A DNA stretch of 64,000 bases from an uncultured Alphaproteobacteria bacterium (GTDB taxonomy: Bacteria > Pseudomonadota > Alphaproteobacteria > Rs-D84): contig CALDAH010000008.1 of assembly GCA_937903135.1 (NCBI GenBank), positions 1,515 to 65,514 of the forward strand, given 5' to 3'. A model generated the notes under the pieces. That model worked only from the letters and a program-made list of their open reading frames with translations, was not told the DNA's origin and made no database searches. The translations under genes were made by a program, and so were the position numbers. Positions 1-9,716 of the stretch are shown here, one piece after another (the stretch's first letter is position 1; the number at the start of each line of letters is the position of its first letter).

Positions 1-1
1 C

Positions 2-745
2 GTTGCCCCGGCGATAGAGGCCGCACAGCGATTTGGCGTTTATCCCGAAGATATGAAAAACATGAATCTGTCAATGGCATTGGGATCGGGGGAAACGACG
101 CTGGAACGACTGGTCCTGGGATATTCGGCATTTGTTAATGGCGGACATGCAATACGGCCGGTATTGGTGGACTATATAGAGGATCGCTATGGCCGCGTAA
201 TTGGTGGTGATGCGACAAGTATTGTCCCATGGGATGATGATATGCTGCCGCCGGTTCGCATGGCGGAATCCGAACCGTTATCGGATGCGCAGAGTTTGTA
301 TCAGATGGTATCAATTTTGCAGGGGGCGGTTGAACGCGGTACGGGTAAACAGGCGCGCGTTCCCGGGCATACAATCGCAGGCAAGACCGGGACAACCAAC
401 GACGTAAAGGATATATGGTTTATCGGTTTTTCAAAAGATATTATCGCGGGTGTTTATCTTGGATATGATACGCCAAAACCGCTTGGGCGCGGTGCGGGCA
501 GTCATATGGCCGCGCGCGTATTCGCAGATTTTATGAAGACGGCACTGGCGGATGAAAAAAATCAACCGTTCCCTGTCCCTGATGGTATGACGTTTATGCG
601 CGTTAACCGTCGCAGCGGGGCCGCGGCCGCCGATGACCCGACCGGAATGATTATAACCGAGGCATTTAAACCCGGCCAATCACCAAATCCTGCCCCGCAA
701 AAGGTAAAAGCATCCGGTAACCCGGTCGTAGGTGGCGTATTTTAA
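2..745 (+). CDS. mrcA: Penicillin-binding protein 1A family, C-terminal transpeptidase part (5' end outside window)
   Basis: Frame is open from the window edge. It contains LGSGETT and the KTGTTND (KTG box) transpeptidase motifs, followed by a Pro/Gly-rich tail. Confidence 0.8.
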   Translation, partial: VAPAIEAAQRFGVYPEDMKNMNLSMALGSGETTLERLVLGYSAFVNGGHAIRPVLVDYIEDRYGRVIGGDATSIVPWDDDMLPPVRMAESEPLSDAQSLYQMVSILQGAVERGTGKQARVPGHTIAGKTGTTNDVKDIWFIGFSKDIIAGVYLGYDTPKPLGRGAGSHMAARVFADFMKTALADEKNQPFPVPDGMTFMRVNRRSGAAAADDPTGMIITEAFKPGQSPNPAPQKVKASGNPVVGGVF

Positions 746-799
746 TATACAATAATTTAAAATTATGATATAATAAGTCCCCGAAAGGGGGCTTTTGTT

Positions 800-1102
800 A
801 TGAAAAAATTATTGCTTTTGGTTATGCTGACATCTGTGCTCGGGGCGTGTAATAAACAGGACGAAGATTTATTTATCCGTCAATGCGGGGACTATACCGT
901 TGAAATGGATTTCTCGGATGATGGTAGTTATATGAATGCCGATATTAACGGCGACGAGGTTATATTGGAACGCGTAATATCTGCGTCCGGGGCAAAATAT
1001 TCCGGCGTATTAAATGATACTAATATCGTTATGTGGGGCAAAGGCGACGAATGGACCATGCTGCTTGATGATGATATGATTATATCATGTGTCGCAGAAT
1101 AA
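800..1102 (+). CDS. MliC-family (lysozyme-inhibitor-like) lipoprotein
   Basis: Lipoprotein signal MKKLLLLVMLTSVLGAC. SASGAKYSG matches the conserved S-G-x-G-A-K/R-Y motif of MliC. Size is about 100 aa. Confidence 0.6.
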   Translation: MKKLLLLVMLTSVLGACNKQDEDLFIRQCGDYTVEMDFSDDGSYMNADINGDEVILERVISASGAKYSGVLNDTNIVMWGKGDEWTMLLDDDMIISCVAE

Positions 1103-1125
1103 TTTATAAACATAGGGGCGAATAA

Positions 1126-2214
1126 ATGCTAACTGATTTCTTTTTATCCCGCGGTGTAACGTTTTTTGCCAGCGGTTGGATGCAATTTGCTGCGGCATTC
1201 GGGCTGGCCTTTGTTATTATGATGCTATTCGGGCGGCCGTTTATTTCTGTTATGCGTCAATGGCAAAAAAAGGGACAGCCGATAAGTGAAAATGTCCCTA
1301 AATCCCATCGTGAAAAAACCGGGACGCCGACCATGGGCGGAATATTAATTGTTTTGGCGATTTTAATCCCAAGTGTTTTGTTTATGCCGGTAAATAACCC
1401 GACCGGGTGGATTGCGCTGCTATCGCTGGTGTTATTTGCAATGCTTGGCTTTGCCGATGATTATAAAAAGGTTACGTCCCAGTCTAAAAAGGCGTCAAAT
1501 GGCCTCTCGCCGCGGCTGCGACTGATAATAGAGGGTGTGTTTGTTGTTATTTTAGCATACCTGATAAATCAAACCATGCCGCCGTATATCCCAGAGCTGT
1601 CGTTGGCACTGCCGTTCGGGATAATTTTACCGTTGGGAATTTTTTATTACGTATTTGCGTATTTTGTAATCTGTGGTGCGGCAAATGCAACAAATATTAC
1701 CGATGGCCTGGATGGAATGCTGGCAAAGCTATATCTGCCGGTATTAATTGTATTGGTTGTTGCCCTATATGGTGCGACGCGCATCGGTTTTATGGATACG
1801 GTTATGTTCCTGCCCGCGGCCAGTGGGCTCTATGCGGTATTAGGGGCGGCATTCGGCGCGGTTCTGGGATTTTTATGGTATAACAGTAAACCTGCCGCGA
1901 TATTTATGGGCGACGTTGGATCGCTGGCACTGGGCGGTTTTATGGGAACTGTCGCGATGCTGTTAAAATCCGAGATTATAATGGGAATCGCGGCCGCGAT
2001 GATGGTGCTAATTCTGCTATCGTCGTTTATTCAGACAATGTTCTTTAAGGCGTCGCGTAAAATCACAGGGACGGGCCGCCGGGTATTTTTACGTGCCCCG
2101 CTGCACCACCATTTTGAAGAGCTGGGCTGGACCGAGACTAAGATCGTAGAGAGATTTTTTATAATCTCTATACTGTTTTCAGGACTGGCGTTGGTATTGT
2201 TAAAGTTCGCATAA
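1126..2214 (+). CDS. mraY: Phospho-N-acetylmuramoyl-pentapeptide transferase
   Basis: GTPTMGG, NATNITDGLDGM, FMGDVGSLALGG and APLHHHFE motifs; polytopic protein of 362 aa. Confidence 0.95.
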   Translation: MLTDFFLSRGVTFFASGWMQFAAAFGLAFVIMMLFGRPFISVMRQWQKKGQPISENVPKSHREKTGTPTMGGILIVLAILIPSVLFMPVNNPTGWIALLSLVLFAMLGFADDYKKVTSQSKKASNGLSPRLRLIIEGVFVVILAYLINQTMPPYIPELSLALPFGIILPLGIFYYVFAYFVICGAANATNITDGLDGMLAKLYLPVLIVLVVALYGATRIGFMDTVMFLPAASGLYAVLGAAFGAVLGFLWYNSKPAAIFMGDVGSLALGGFMGTVAMLLKSEIIMGIAAAMMVLILLSSFIQTMFFKASRKITGTGRRVFLRAPLHHHFEELGWTETKIVERFFIISILFSGLALVLLKFA

Positions 2215-2219
2215 AATAT

Positions 2220-2250
2220 ATCCCGGGGGATTTCCCCGGGATAATTTTTT
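2220..2250 (+). terminator. Rho-independent terminator after mraY
   Basis: Perfect 9-bp stem ATCCCGGGG / CCCCGGGAT with loop GATTT, followed by AATTTTTTTA. Confidence 0.65.
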
Positions 2251-2293
2251 TATCAATATATTTTTCAAAAAAAGATGGTATAATATCACCGTT

Positions 2294-3439
2294 ATGTTTA
2301 TACGAAGAAGCGAAGAAAGCAAATTAACCAATTGGTATTTTCAAATAGACCGGCGGCTGCTGGGATATTTACTGGTTTTAATCTGTGTCGGTATGGTATG
2401 CGTTGTATCCGCCGGATCTGTTCAGGCACTGCGCAAGGGCTGGGACTGGTACTATTTCCTGGTTCGTATGCTGCCGTTTTATATCGTTGGTATTGCATCG
2501 CTGTTTATCGCAAGTGCGCTGAATAAAAAATTAGTTATTTTAATCGCGATATTAAACCTGGTTATGTGTTTCCCGCTTTTACTGCTAACCGTTATTATCC
2601 CACAGGCACACCACGGGTCTGCGCGCTGGGTAACACTTGCCGGGGTACAGCTAATGCCCGCCGATATTATGAAGCCCGGATTTGTTATTATGACGGCGTG
2701 GTTCTTAACAAAAATGAAAGAAAAATTCGGCGAAGATATTTTTACAAGTAAACAGGCCTGGCGTTTCCAAGCACTTAGCTGGTGGCCATACCTCGGACTG
2801 TTTTTAGTTACCCTGGCGGTATTATTCAGTCAGCCGGATATCGGGACGTCTATTCTGTATTTTTCGGTATTTGGGATTATGCTGTTTATGGCGGGACTGC
2901 CGCGGATAATATGCTTTGCACTGGGCGGGATTTTGGGACTTGGCGCTGTGGCGGCGTTTATTGTAAAGCCACACGTTCACCGGCGTGTTATGGACTTTTT
3001 ATTCGCGCCACTTGACCCGCAGACCCAGGTCGGGTATTCCGTTAGTGCAATTCGTCAGGGCGGACTGTTCGGAATGGGCGACGAAGCATTTGCCAAAGAA
3101 CACCTGCCCGATGCCCATACGGATTTTATTTATGCTGCAATCGCCGAAGATTTCGGGGCAATTGTTGCATGTATGTTGCTGGTATTGCTGGTATTGGTTT
3201 TAAAACGTTTAACAACCGATGCACTGCGCGCCCGCGACCCGTTTGTTTTTTATGCAACCGGTGGCGCGGCGGCATTATTCGGCGTGCAGATTTGTATTAA
3301 TCTGGCCACGACGCTGCATATTATGCCGCCAAAGGGCATGACACTGCCGTTTATATCATCAGGGGGCAGTTCGTTTTTAGGTTTTTGTCTGTTATTCGGT
3401 ATGATATTGGCCATCGTACGCGAGGATAAATGGAAATAA
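2294..3439 (+). CDS. ftsW: SEDS-family peptidoglycan glycosyltransferase (FtsW by context)
   Basis: About 10 TM segments. Motifs QPDIGTS, HTDFIYAAIAEDFG and LPFISSGGSS are typical of FtsW/RodA. The gene lies between mraY and murG. Confidence 0.85.
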   Translation: MFIRRSEESKLTNWYFQIDRRLLGYLLVLICVGMVCVVSAGSVQALRKGWDWYYFLVRMLPFYIVGIASLFIASALNKKLVILIAILNLVMCFPLLLLTVIIPQAHHGSARWVTLAGVQLMPADIMKPGFVIMTAWFLTKMKEKFGEDIFTSKQAWRFQALSWWPYLGLFLVTLAVLFSQPDIGTSILYFSVFGIMLFMAGLPRIICFALGGILGLGAVAAFIVKPHVHRRVMDFLFAPLDPQTQVGYSVSAIRQGGLFGMGDEAFAKEHLPDAHTDFIYAAIAEDFGAIVACMLLVLLVLVLKRLTTDALRARDPFVFYATGGAAALFGVQICINLATTLHIMPPKGMTLPFISSGGSSFLGFCLLFGMILAIVREDKWK

Positions 3440-3456
3440 GCAAAAGGGGCGGATTT

Positions 3457-4503
3457 ATGAAAATTTGGATTGCAACCGGCGGAACAGGGGGGCACGTTTT
3501 CCCGGCATTAAGTGTCGCCGATGAATTGGTAAAACGCGGACATCGGGTTACTATATCATGTGACGGCCGCGTAAAAAAAATGGTATCCGACGGTCGTCCA
3601 CGCGGGGCGGCAATGGCGCATATATGGGCATCCGGCGTCGGGGCCAAGAGTCGTATAAACCAAATCTGGGCGTTATTTAAAATCGCGGTATCGGCGGCGG
3701 CGCTGGTATTGCGTTTTATGGTTTTCCGCCCCGATCGCGTTGTGGCATTTGGCGGATATGCATCTGTGCCGGCGGTTTTTGCCGCGCATCTGTGGCGTGT
3801 GCCGACATTTTTACACGAACAGAACGCAGCAATCGGGCGCGCGAATAAATTCGCAATGCGCTGGGTAAAAACATTAATGACAAGCTTTCCTGCCGTATCT
3901 GGCGTGCCGAAAAATTCTGTGGCGCGGGTAATATATACCGGACTGCCGGTTCGTCATGAATTCTTAGACCTGGCGGGATCGCCCGTGCCGGGGAAAAATA
4001 AATTGCTGGTAACGGGAGGGTCACTCGGGGCGCAGATCCTTGATGATGTTGTTCCGGCCGCATTGGTTCAGATTAAAAATAAAAAGATTTTTGTTACCCA
4101 CCAGACGCGTCCGGAAAACGTCGCCCGGCTGCAGAAGTTTTATGCCGATAATAAGATTCATGCAAACGTTTTGTCGTTTATTCATGATATGGCCGGAACA
4201 ATCGCCGGGGCGGATCTGGTTATCGGGCGCAGCGGTGCCAGCACGGTCATAGAGCTGGAAACAATCGGGCGCGGCGCGATATTAGTTCCACTTGGGATAA
4301 ATCCAGATCAGGCGGCAAATGCGGCCAGCTTTGCCAAGCGTGGCGGGGGATTCGCCGTCCCGCAGGATAAGTTTACGCCAAAATGGCTGGCGGCGACGCT
4401 GGGGGAATTATTTGATAACCCCGCACGGCTGGTACGGATGGCGGAAAAATCAACCGTTGCAAATAACGCCGTTGAATTAATCTGTGACTATGTAACAAAA
4501 TAA
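3457..4503 (+). CDS. murG: UDP-GlcNAc:lipid I GlcNAc transferase
   Basis: N-terminal MKIWIATGGTGGHVFPA (G-loop), plus GGSLGA and a C-terminal Rossmann half. ATG at 3457 follows AAGGGG; the ORF-track start at 3430 overlaps ftsW. Confidence 0.9.
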   Translation: MKIWIATGGTGGHVFPALSVADELVKRGHRVTISCDGRVKKMVSDGRPRGAAMAHIWASGVGAKSRINQIWALFKIAVSAAALVLRFMVFRPDRVVAFGGYASVPAVFAAHLWRVPTFLHEQNAAIGRANKFAMRWVKTLMTSFPAVSGVPKNSVARVIYTGLPVRHEFLDLAGSPVPGKNKLLVTGGSLGAQILDDVVPAALVQIKNKKIFVTHQTRPENVARLQKFYADNKIHANVLSFIHDMAGTIAGADLVIGRSGASTVIELETIGRGAILVPLGINPDQAANAASFAKRGGGFAVPQDKFTPKWLAATLGELFDNPARLVRMAEKSTVANNAVELICDYVTK

Positions 4504-4573
4504 TCCCGGGTGCATTTTTCTGCTTGCTTGCGATTCGTCATTTGTTCTATGATGGAATCGGAAGGAAAGGAAC

Positions 4574-5935
4574 ATGCGTCGTATTTCTGTTTCTGTATTA
4601 ACGATTTTTATCGCATTGCCGGCATTTGCAAACGCGCGTCTGCCGGTTGTTAACGTTGCCGCGGGCAGTGTATCGGCCCGGGCCGCATTCGGTGTTTCGG
4701 ACGTCGCCGCGCCACGGGAAAAACAAAATAACGTCGCCGTGGTCGCTGCTACTAAACCAAAACCGACCGATGTTCCGGCATCAAAAACAGCTAAAAAAAC
4801 AGTTGTCGCACGCAGCGGGAAAAAAGCCGCCAATGTGGGTGTAAAAAAATCATCCGCCGACAGCGGGGAACAGATTATCGCCGCTGCGGATGTTTTATCG
4901 CCGCGTCGGCCAAGTGCTGATCTGTGGGCGAAAAACGATACGCCACTGCGTTTGCCCCAGCCCGATGAGTTTTCGGTAATCCGGGCCGATTATGATTTAC
5001 CAGAAGAGGATTTAAACGCCGGGCCGATTGCGCCGCAGAAAACTGTTGTTGCGCGCGCCGCGGTAAAAAGCGCACCTGCGCCGGCCGCACCCACCGATAC
5101 GCCGATGGCAGAGATAGATACCCAGATCGCACGTTTGGTTGAACTGCAGCGTCGCGCCGATGAAAGTGTTCGCAGTGCGCCGGTTGCGCGGGTCGCCGAA
5201 CGTGATGTCGCGCCGATGCCTGTTGTGGCGAAAAATAATAATATCGCGCCCGCACCGGTCGCGGCGGTGGATAATCCCGAACCGGTAAGGGTTAGTCGCA
5301 TGGTTGTCCCGATGGAATCGGATGTGGTTGTGCGCAGTGTTGAAAAAAATGCATCACCGCGTATTACGGCCGTTCGCGACGATATGACAAAGATGAACCC
5401 GGCCGAGCTGCGCAAGGCGTTTCGTAAAACATTTTTATCCGAAAATAAACATTTATCCACGTTCCAGATTGATGATCGCTTTGACGTGGCCAGTGATATG
5501 ACAACCAATGCCGAAGGGTTTACGGCAAAACGCGATTTGTCCGAGGCCGGTGGAATTCGCCCGCTGGAGATTAAAATACGATTCCGTAATGATGATTCTG
5601 CGCTGTCGCGTGAAAATTATAATCTGTTAAGTGAATATGCCGCAATAGTGGTAAGCAACCCAAAACGTGCGATTCAGATCGCGATCCCGCAAAGTGTTGC
5701 CCGTAATATGGACGAACGAAAATTGGCCGCACGGCGACTGGCACTGGTTGAACAGGTTTTACGCGATACGGGCGTATCGGAACAGCGAATATTGCCGGTA
5801 TTATCCGCGCGTGATGACGATGGATTTGTTCTGCGGGTTATATCCAGTGACCAGTATGAAACATTAACGCGCAAGCAGCGAGATATGTTCGGTGATACCG
5901 TTAGCAAAAAGACGTATAAAAGCATGTCTTGGTAA
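4574..5935 (+). CDS. Secreted Ala/Pro/Val-rich protein with weak OmpA/MotB-like C-terminal region
   Basis: Signal peptide MRRISVSVLTIFIALPAFANA and a long low-complexity middle. The C-terminus (IRFRNDDSALS...LAARRLALVEQVLRDTGVSEQRI) follows the OmpA_C pattern only loosely. Confidence 0.45.
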   Translation: MRRISVSVLTIFIALPAFANARLPVVNVAAGSVSARAAFGVSDVAAPREKQNNVAVVAATKPKPTDVPASKTAKKTVVARSGKKAANVGVKKSSADSGEQIIAAADVLSPRRPSADLWAKNDTPLRLPQPDEFSVIRADYDLPEEDLNAGPIAPQKTVVARAAVKSAPAPAAPTDTPMAEIDTQIARLVELQRRADESVRSAPVARVAERDVAPMPVVAKNNNIAPAPVAAVDNPEPVRVSRMVVPMESDVVVRSVEKNASPRITAVRDDMTKMNPAELRKAFRKTFLSENKHLSTFQIDDRFDVASDMTTNAEGFTAKRDLSEAGGIRPLEIKIRFRNDDSALSRENYNLLSEYAAIVVSNPKRAIQIAIPQSVARNMDERKLAARRLALVEQVLRDTGVSEQRILPVLSARDDDGFVLRVISSDQYETLTRKQRDMFGDTVSKKTYKSMSW

Positions 5936-6669
5936 TTATGTATTTGTTTCGTAATCCACTGCGTTATATTGTTGAATTTTTATTCCCGCCGGCATGCCCG
6001 CTTTGTGGTGCGCCGGTTGATTCCCACGGTGATTTATGTATTGATTGCTGGACAGCGTTTAATTGGATTGACGGAACAAAATGCCGGCACTGTGGTTATC
6101 CGTTTATGAACGAATATGATGACGCCCCGTTATGCCCGATGTGTGCGGCAGGTAAATGCGAAATGGATCTTATTCGCAGTGCATGCGTTTATGACGATGC
6201 ATCGCGCGCGGCAATGCTGCCGTTTAAACATTGTGGAAAAATAAATTATTATCGTTTTATGGCCCGGTCAATGATCTGGGCACTGCGTGATGCGGATATT
6301 TCACCGGATTTGGTAATGCCTGTGCCACTCGCTAATCGCAGATTATGTCATCGTGGTTATAATCAGGCGGCATTACTGGCGCGTCCAATTGCCGCGGCGT
6401 TCGGTATACCGATTGATGTGGACAGTATCGGCCGAGAATTCCGCCCCGATATGGGACATAAAACCCCGCAGCAGAGAGCTGAAAATATTCATAACGTTTT
6501 TAGCGTTCGCTGCCCGGATAAAATTCGTGGCCGAAAGATTTTATTAGTTGACGATGTAATGACGAGTGGCGCAACGCTATACGAACTGCGTCGCGTATTA
6601 ATGCGGGCCGGCGCGGCCGAGGTATATGGCGTAACATTTTGTCGTGTTGCACGCGTGGTGTATAAATAA
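5929..6669 (+). CDS. comF: ComF-family phosphoribosyltransferase-domain protein
   Basis: N-terminal double CxxC zinc finger (CPLCG...CIDCW...CRHCG...CPMC) and the PRTase motif ILLVDDVMTSGATL. Confidence 0.8.
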   Translation: MVIMYLFRNPLRYIVEFLFPPACPLCGAPVDSHGDLCIDCWTAFNWIDGTKCRHCGYPFMNEYDDAPLCPMCAAGKCEMDLIRSACVYDDASRAAMLPFKHCGKINYYRFMARSMIWALRDADISPDLVMPVPLANRRLCHRGYNQAALLARPIAAAFGIPIDVDSIGREFRPDMGHKTPQQRAENIHNVFSVRCPDKIRGRKILLVDDVMTSGATLYELRRVLMRAGAAEVYGVTFCRVARVVYK

Positions 6670-6790
6670 AAAATCATTATCGCAATATTGCCCTGATTTA
6701 TTATTTGCGATGGCTGGGAATATTAAATTACAGATGGATTTTTTATGTTTATATGCACGCTTGAATTTTGATTTTATTCTGCTAGGATTT

Positions 6791-7306
6791 ATGGGTATAA
6801 TAAAAGGGATTACTGTGAAAAGATATTTTTTCGCCGCATTGGCGTTTTTATGTGGGATATCTGCGGCAAATGCATCACTGCCGTATGTTGGAATGTATCA
6901 AACGATTGACGATGTATCCGGGCAGCCGAAGTCTATTGTGGCGTTATATGAATATACGGACGGGGACGATACAGAACTGGCCGGGCGTATTGTTGCAATC
7001 TATGGCGCGGATGGTGCGGTGATAACTTCGTCGGATAAATCTAAATATATCGGTATGGATATAATCTGGGATATGGAATGGGATTTGGATGATAATAAAT
7101 ACGAAGATGGTAAAATAATGGACCCGACATCGGGCAAGGTATATTCGTCGGTTATATGGCAGGATCGGCCGGGGGAATTAAATGTACGCGGGAAAATCGG
7201 CCCGTTCGGTCGTACGCAGAAATGGAATCATTTAACGGGTACTGCACTGCCGGGTGAATTAAATAAAATAAATACAGAAAACTGGAAACCTGCGACGGGG
7301 AAATAA
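6791..7306 (+). CDS. DUF2147-family periplasmic protein
   Basis: Signal peptide (V/M)KRYFFAALAFLCGISAANA. DGKIMDPTSGKVYSS...LNVRGKIGPFGRTQKW matches the DUF2147 signature. The start is uncertain: ATG 6791, or GTG 6815 preceded by AAGGGA. Confidence 0.6.
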   Translation: MGIIKGITVKRYFFAALAFLCGISAANASLPYVGMYQTIDDVSGQPKSIVALYEYTDGDDTELAGRIVAIYGADGAVITSSDKSKYIGMDIIWDMEWDLDDNKYEDGKIMDPTSGKVYSSVIWQDRPGELNVRGKIGPFGRTQKWNHLTGTALPGELNKINTENWKPATGK

Positions 7307-7309
7307 GAA

Positions 7310-9712
7310 ATGAATATTGAACTGGGAAAAAATATTAACGCGCGCGAAATTGAATCCAGAATTCAGGAATTCTGGGATAATAACAATTTCTGGGACAATG
7401 ACGTAAAATCGGATAAGCCGCCGTTTTGTGTTATGATGCCGCCCCCGAATGTTACAGGGAATCTGCATATGGGGCATGCACTGGATAATGTTTTAACGGA
7501 TATTATTTGCCGATATAAACGTATGTGCGGGTATGATGTTTTATGGCAACCGGGAACGGATCATGCGTCAATTGCAACCCAGTTATTGGTCGAACGCGAT
7601 CTGTCCCGCAGGGGGATTAATCCGCGATCTAAAACCCGCGACGAGTTATTAGAAATCGCCTGGGCGTGGAAGGCGGAAAAGGGCGGTCAGATTATGCACC
7701 AGCTGCATACATTGGGCGTAACGCCGGTATGGGGGCGTGAACGCTTTACGATGGATGATGGCCTGTCGCGCGCGGTAACAAAGCTGTTTGTAAAATTATA
7801 TAACGAAGGGCTGATATATCGTGCCCGGCGTCTGGTTAATTGGTGTCCGAAGCAGCAGACGTCTATTTCGGATTTAGAGGTTGAGATTCGCGAAGAAAAG
7901 GGAAAGTTTTATTATTTTAAATACCCTTTATCCGACGGCGGTGATATAGAGATCGCCACAACCCGGCCCGAGACTTTATTTGGCGACCAGGCAATTGCCG
8001 TACACCCGGATAACGAACGGTTAAAGCATTTAATCGGGCGCACGGCGATAATACCGCTAACGCATATTCAGATACCGATTATCGCGGATGTTCATGCCGA
8101 CCCGGAAAAGGGTACGGGCGCGGTTAAGATTACGCCCGCGCACGACAAAGATGACTGGGCCGTCGGCCAACGTCATAATTTAACCGCGCTGTGCGTTTTA
8201 ACCAATGACGCTAAAATGGCCGATATTCCGCAAGTACCTGAAAAGTATCGCGGTATGGATCGCTTTGCGGCACGTGCGGCGATTATTGCCGATATTGATG
8301 CGGCAGGGCTGTTAACCCGGGTTGAGGATAAAACAATTCCAACGCCGTATTCCGAACGTGGCGGCGTGGTTATTGAATATATGGTTCGCGACGAATGGTT
8401 CGTTAATGTAAAACCATTGGCCGAAAAGGCCGTCGCCGCGGTTGAAGCTGGGAAAACAAAGTTTATGCCCGAACACCGCTATAACCTGTTTATGGCGTGG
8501 ATGCGCGATATTCACGAATGGTCAATATCACGTCAGCTGTGGTGGGGGCATCATATACCGGCATGGTATGATGAAAACGGAAATATATATGTCGCTGAAA
8601 ACGAAGCGGCGGCCAAGGCTTTGGCCGGCGGGGCGTCGCTGGTTCAGGAACAGGCGTGTTTGGATACGTGGTTCTCGTCCGCGCTGTGGCCGTTTTCAAC
8701 ACTGGGCTGGCCCGATAAAACGTGCGAACTGGAAAAATATTACCCGACTAATTTATTATATACCGGTGCGGATATTATATTCTTTTGGGTGGCCCGAATG
8801 ATGATGATGGGAATGTACGTTATGAACGACGTCCCGTTTAAAACGGTTAATTTCCACGGACTGGTTCGCGACGCCAAGGGACAGAAAATGTCTAAAACAA
8901 AAGGTAACGGGACTGATCCTTTGACCGTCGTTGAAAAATTCGGCGCAGACGCGCTGCGCTATTGGGTTGCAACCGCCCCGATTGGAACGGATATTCGCTA
9001 TAGCGATGACGAGGTAAAGCGTGGATCACGTCTTTTAACCAAGCTATGGAACGCGGCAAAGTATACGTTAATGAATCTGAATGATTTTGACCCGGCCACG
9101 GCCTCGGACGTTCCCGTCGCCGACCGGTTCATAGAAGATCGCTGGGTTTTATCCGAGCTGAATAAAACCATTGCCGATGTTCGTCGCAATCTGGATAAAT
9201 ACGATAACTATAATTCCCGCGCGGCGATTGATACGTTCTTTTATGATATATTCTGTGATCAGTATCTGGAATTTATCAAGGATCGTTTCTGGTCGCCGGA
9301 AAAATACAGTGCCGAATCCAAGCTATCGGCCCAGTGGACACTATGGGAGGTATTGCGCAGTGTTATCGGACTGTATGCACCGTTTATACCGTTTATAACC
9401 GAAGAGCTGTGGCAGAAAATATATCGCCCGACCGAAGGTGGGGAAACATTGCACTTAACCGCATACCCGGCCGTTCGTGATGAATATAACACCGATGTAT
9501 CCGATATGCAGATCGCATTGGATTTATTAAAAAATATCCGCGGAATGCGAACCGAGCAAAAGGTTGGAAACGGCGCAAAGCTGGCGTCTTTGACCATTCC
9601 GGCCGATACGCCTGCGGCATTGCATGGGGTAATTAAATCGGCTGCCCGCGCGTCCGAGATTAAATTTGGTCCCGGGCTGGATTTTGTTGTCGCCGCGCAA
9701 CCAAACGGATAA
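7310..9712 (+). CDS. valS: Valyl-tRNA synthetase (short form, no C-terminal coiled coil)
   Basis: PPPNVTGNLHMGHAL (HIGH), DTWFSSALWPFSTLGWP and KMSKTKGN (KMSKS) motifs; 800 aa. Confidence 0.95.
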   Translation: MNIELGKNINAREIESRIQEFWDNNNFWDNDVKSDKPPFCVMMPPPNVTGNLHMGHALDNVLTDIICRYKRMCGYDVLWQPGTDHASIATQLLVERDLSRRGINPRSKTRDELLEIAWAWKAEKGGQIMHQLHTLGVTPVWGRERFTMDDGLSRAVTKLFVKLYNEGLIYRARRLVNWCPKQQTSISDLEVEIREEKGKFYYFKYPLSDGGDIEIATTRPETLFGDQAIAVHPDNERLKHLIGRTAIIPLTHIQIPIIADVHADPEKGTGAVKITPAHDKDDWAVGQRHNLTALCVLTNDAKMADIPQVPEKYRGMDRFAARAAIIADIDAAGLLTRVEDKTIPTPYSERGGVVIEYMVRDEWFVNVKPLAEKAVAAVEAGKTKFMPEHRYNLFMAWMRDIHEWSISRQLWWGHHIPAWYDENGNIYVAENEAAAKALAGGASLVQEQACLDTWFSSALWPFSTLGWPDKTCELEKYYPTNLLYTGADIIFFWVARMMMMGMYVMNDVPFKTVNFHGLVRDAKGQKMSKTKGNGTDPLTVVEKFGADALRYWVATAPIGTDIRYSDDEVKRGSRLLTKLWNAAKYTLMNLNDFDPATASDVPVADRFIEDRWVLSELNKTIADVRRNLDKYDNYNSRAAIDTFFYDIFCDQYLEFIKDRFWSPEKYSAESKLSAQWTLWEVLRSVIGLYAPFIPFITEELWQKIYRPTEGGETLHLTAYPAVRDEYNTDVSDMQIALDLLKNIRGMRTEQKVGNGAKLASLTIPADTPAALHGVIKSAARASEIKFGPGLDFVVAAQPNG

Positions 9713-9716
9713 CCCG

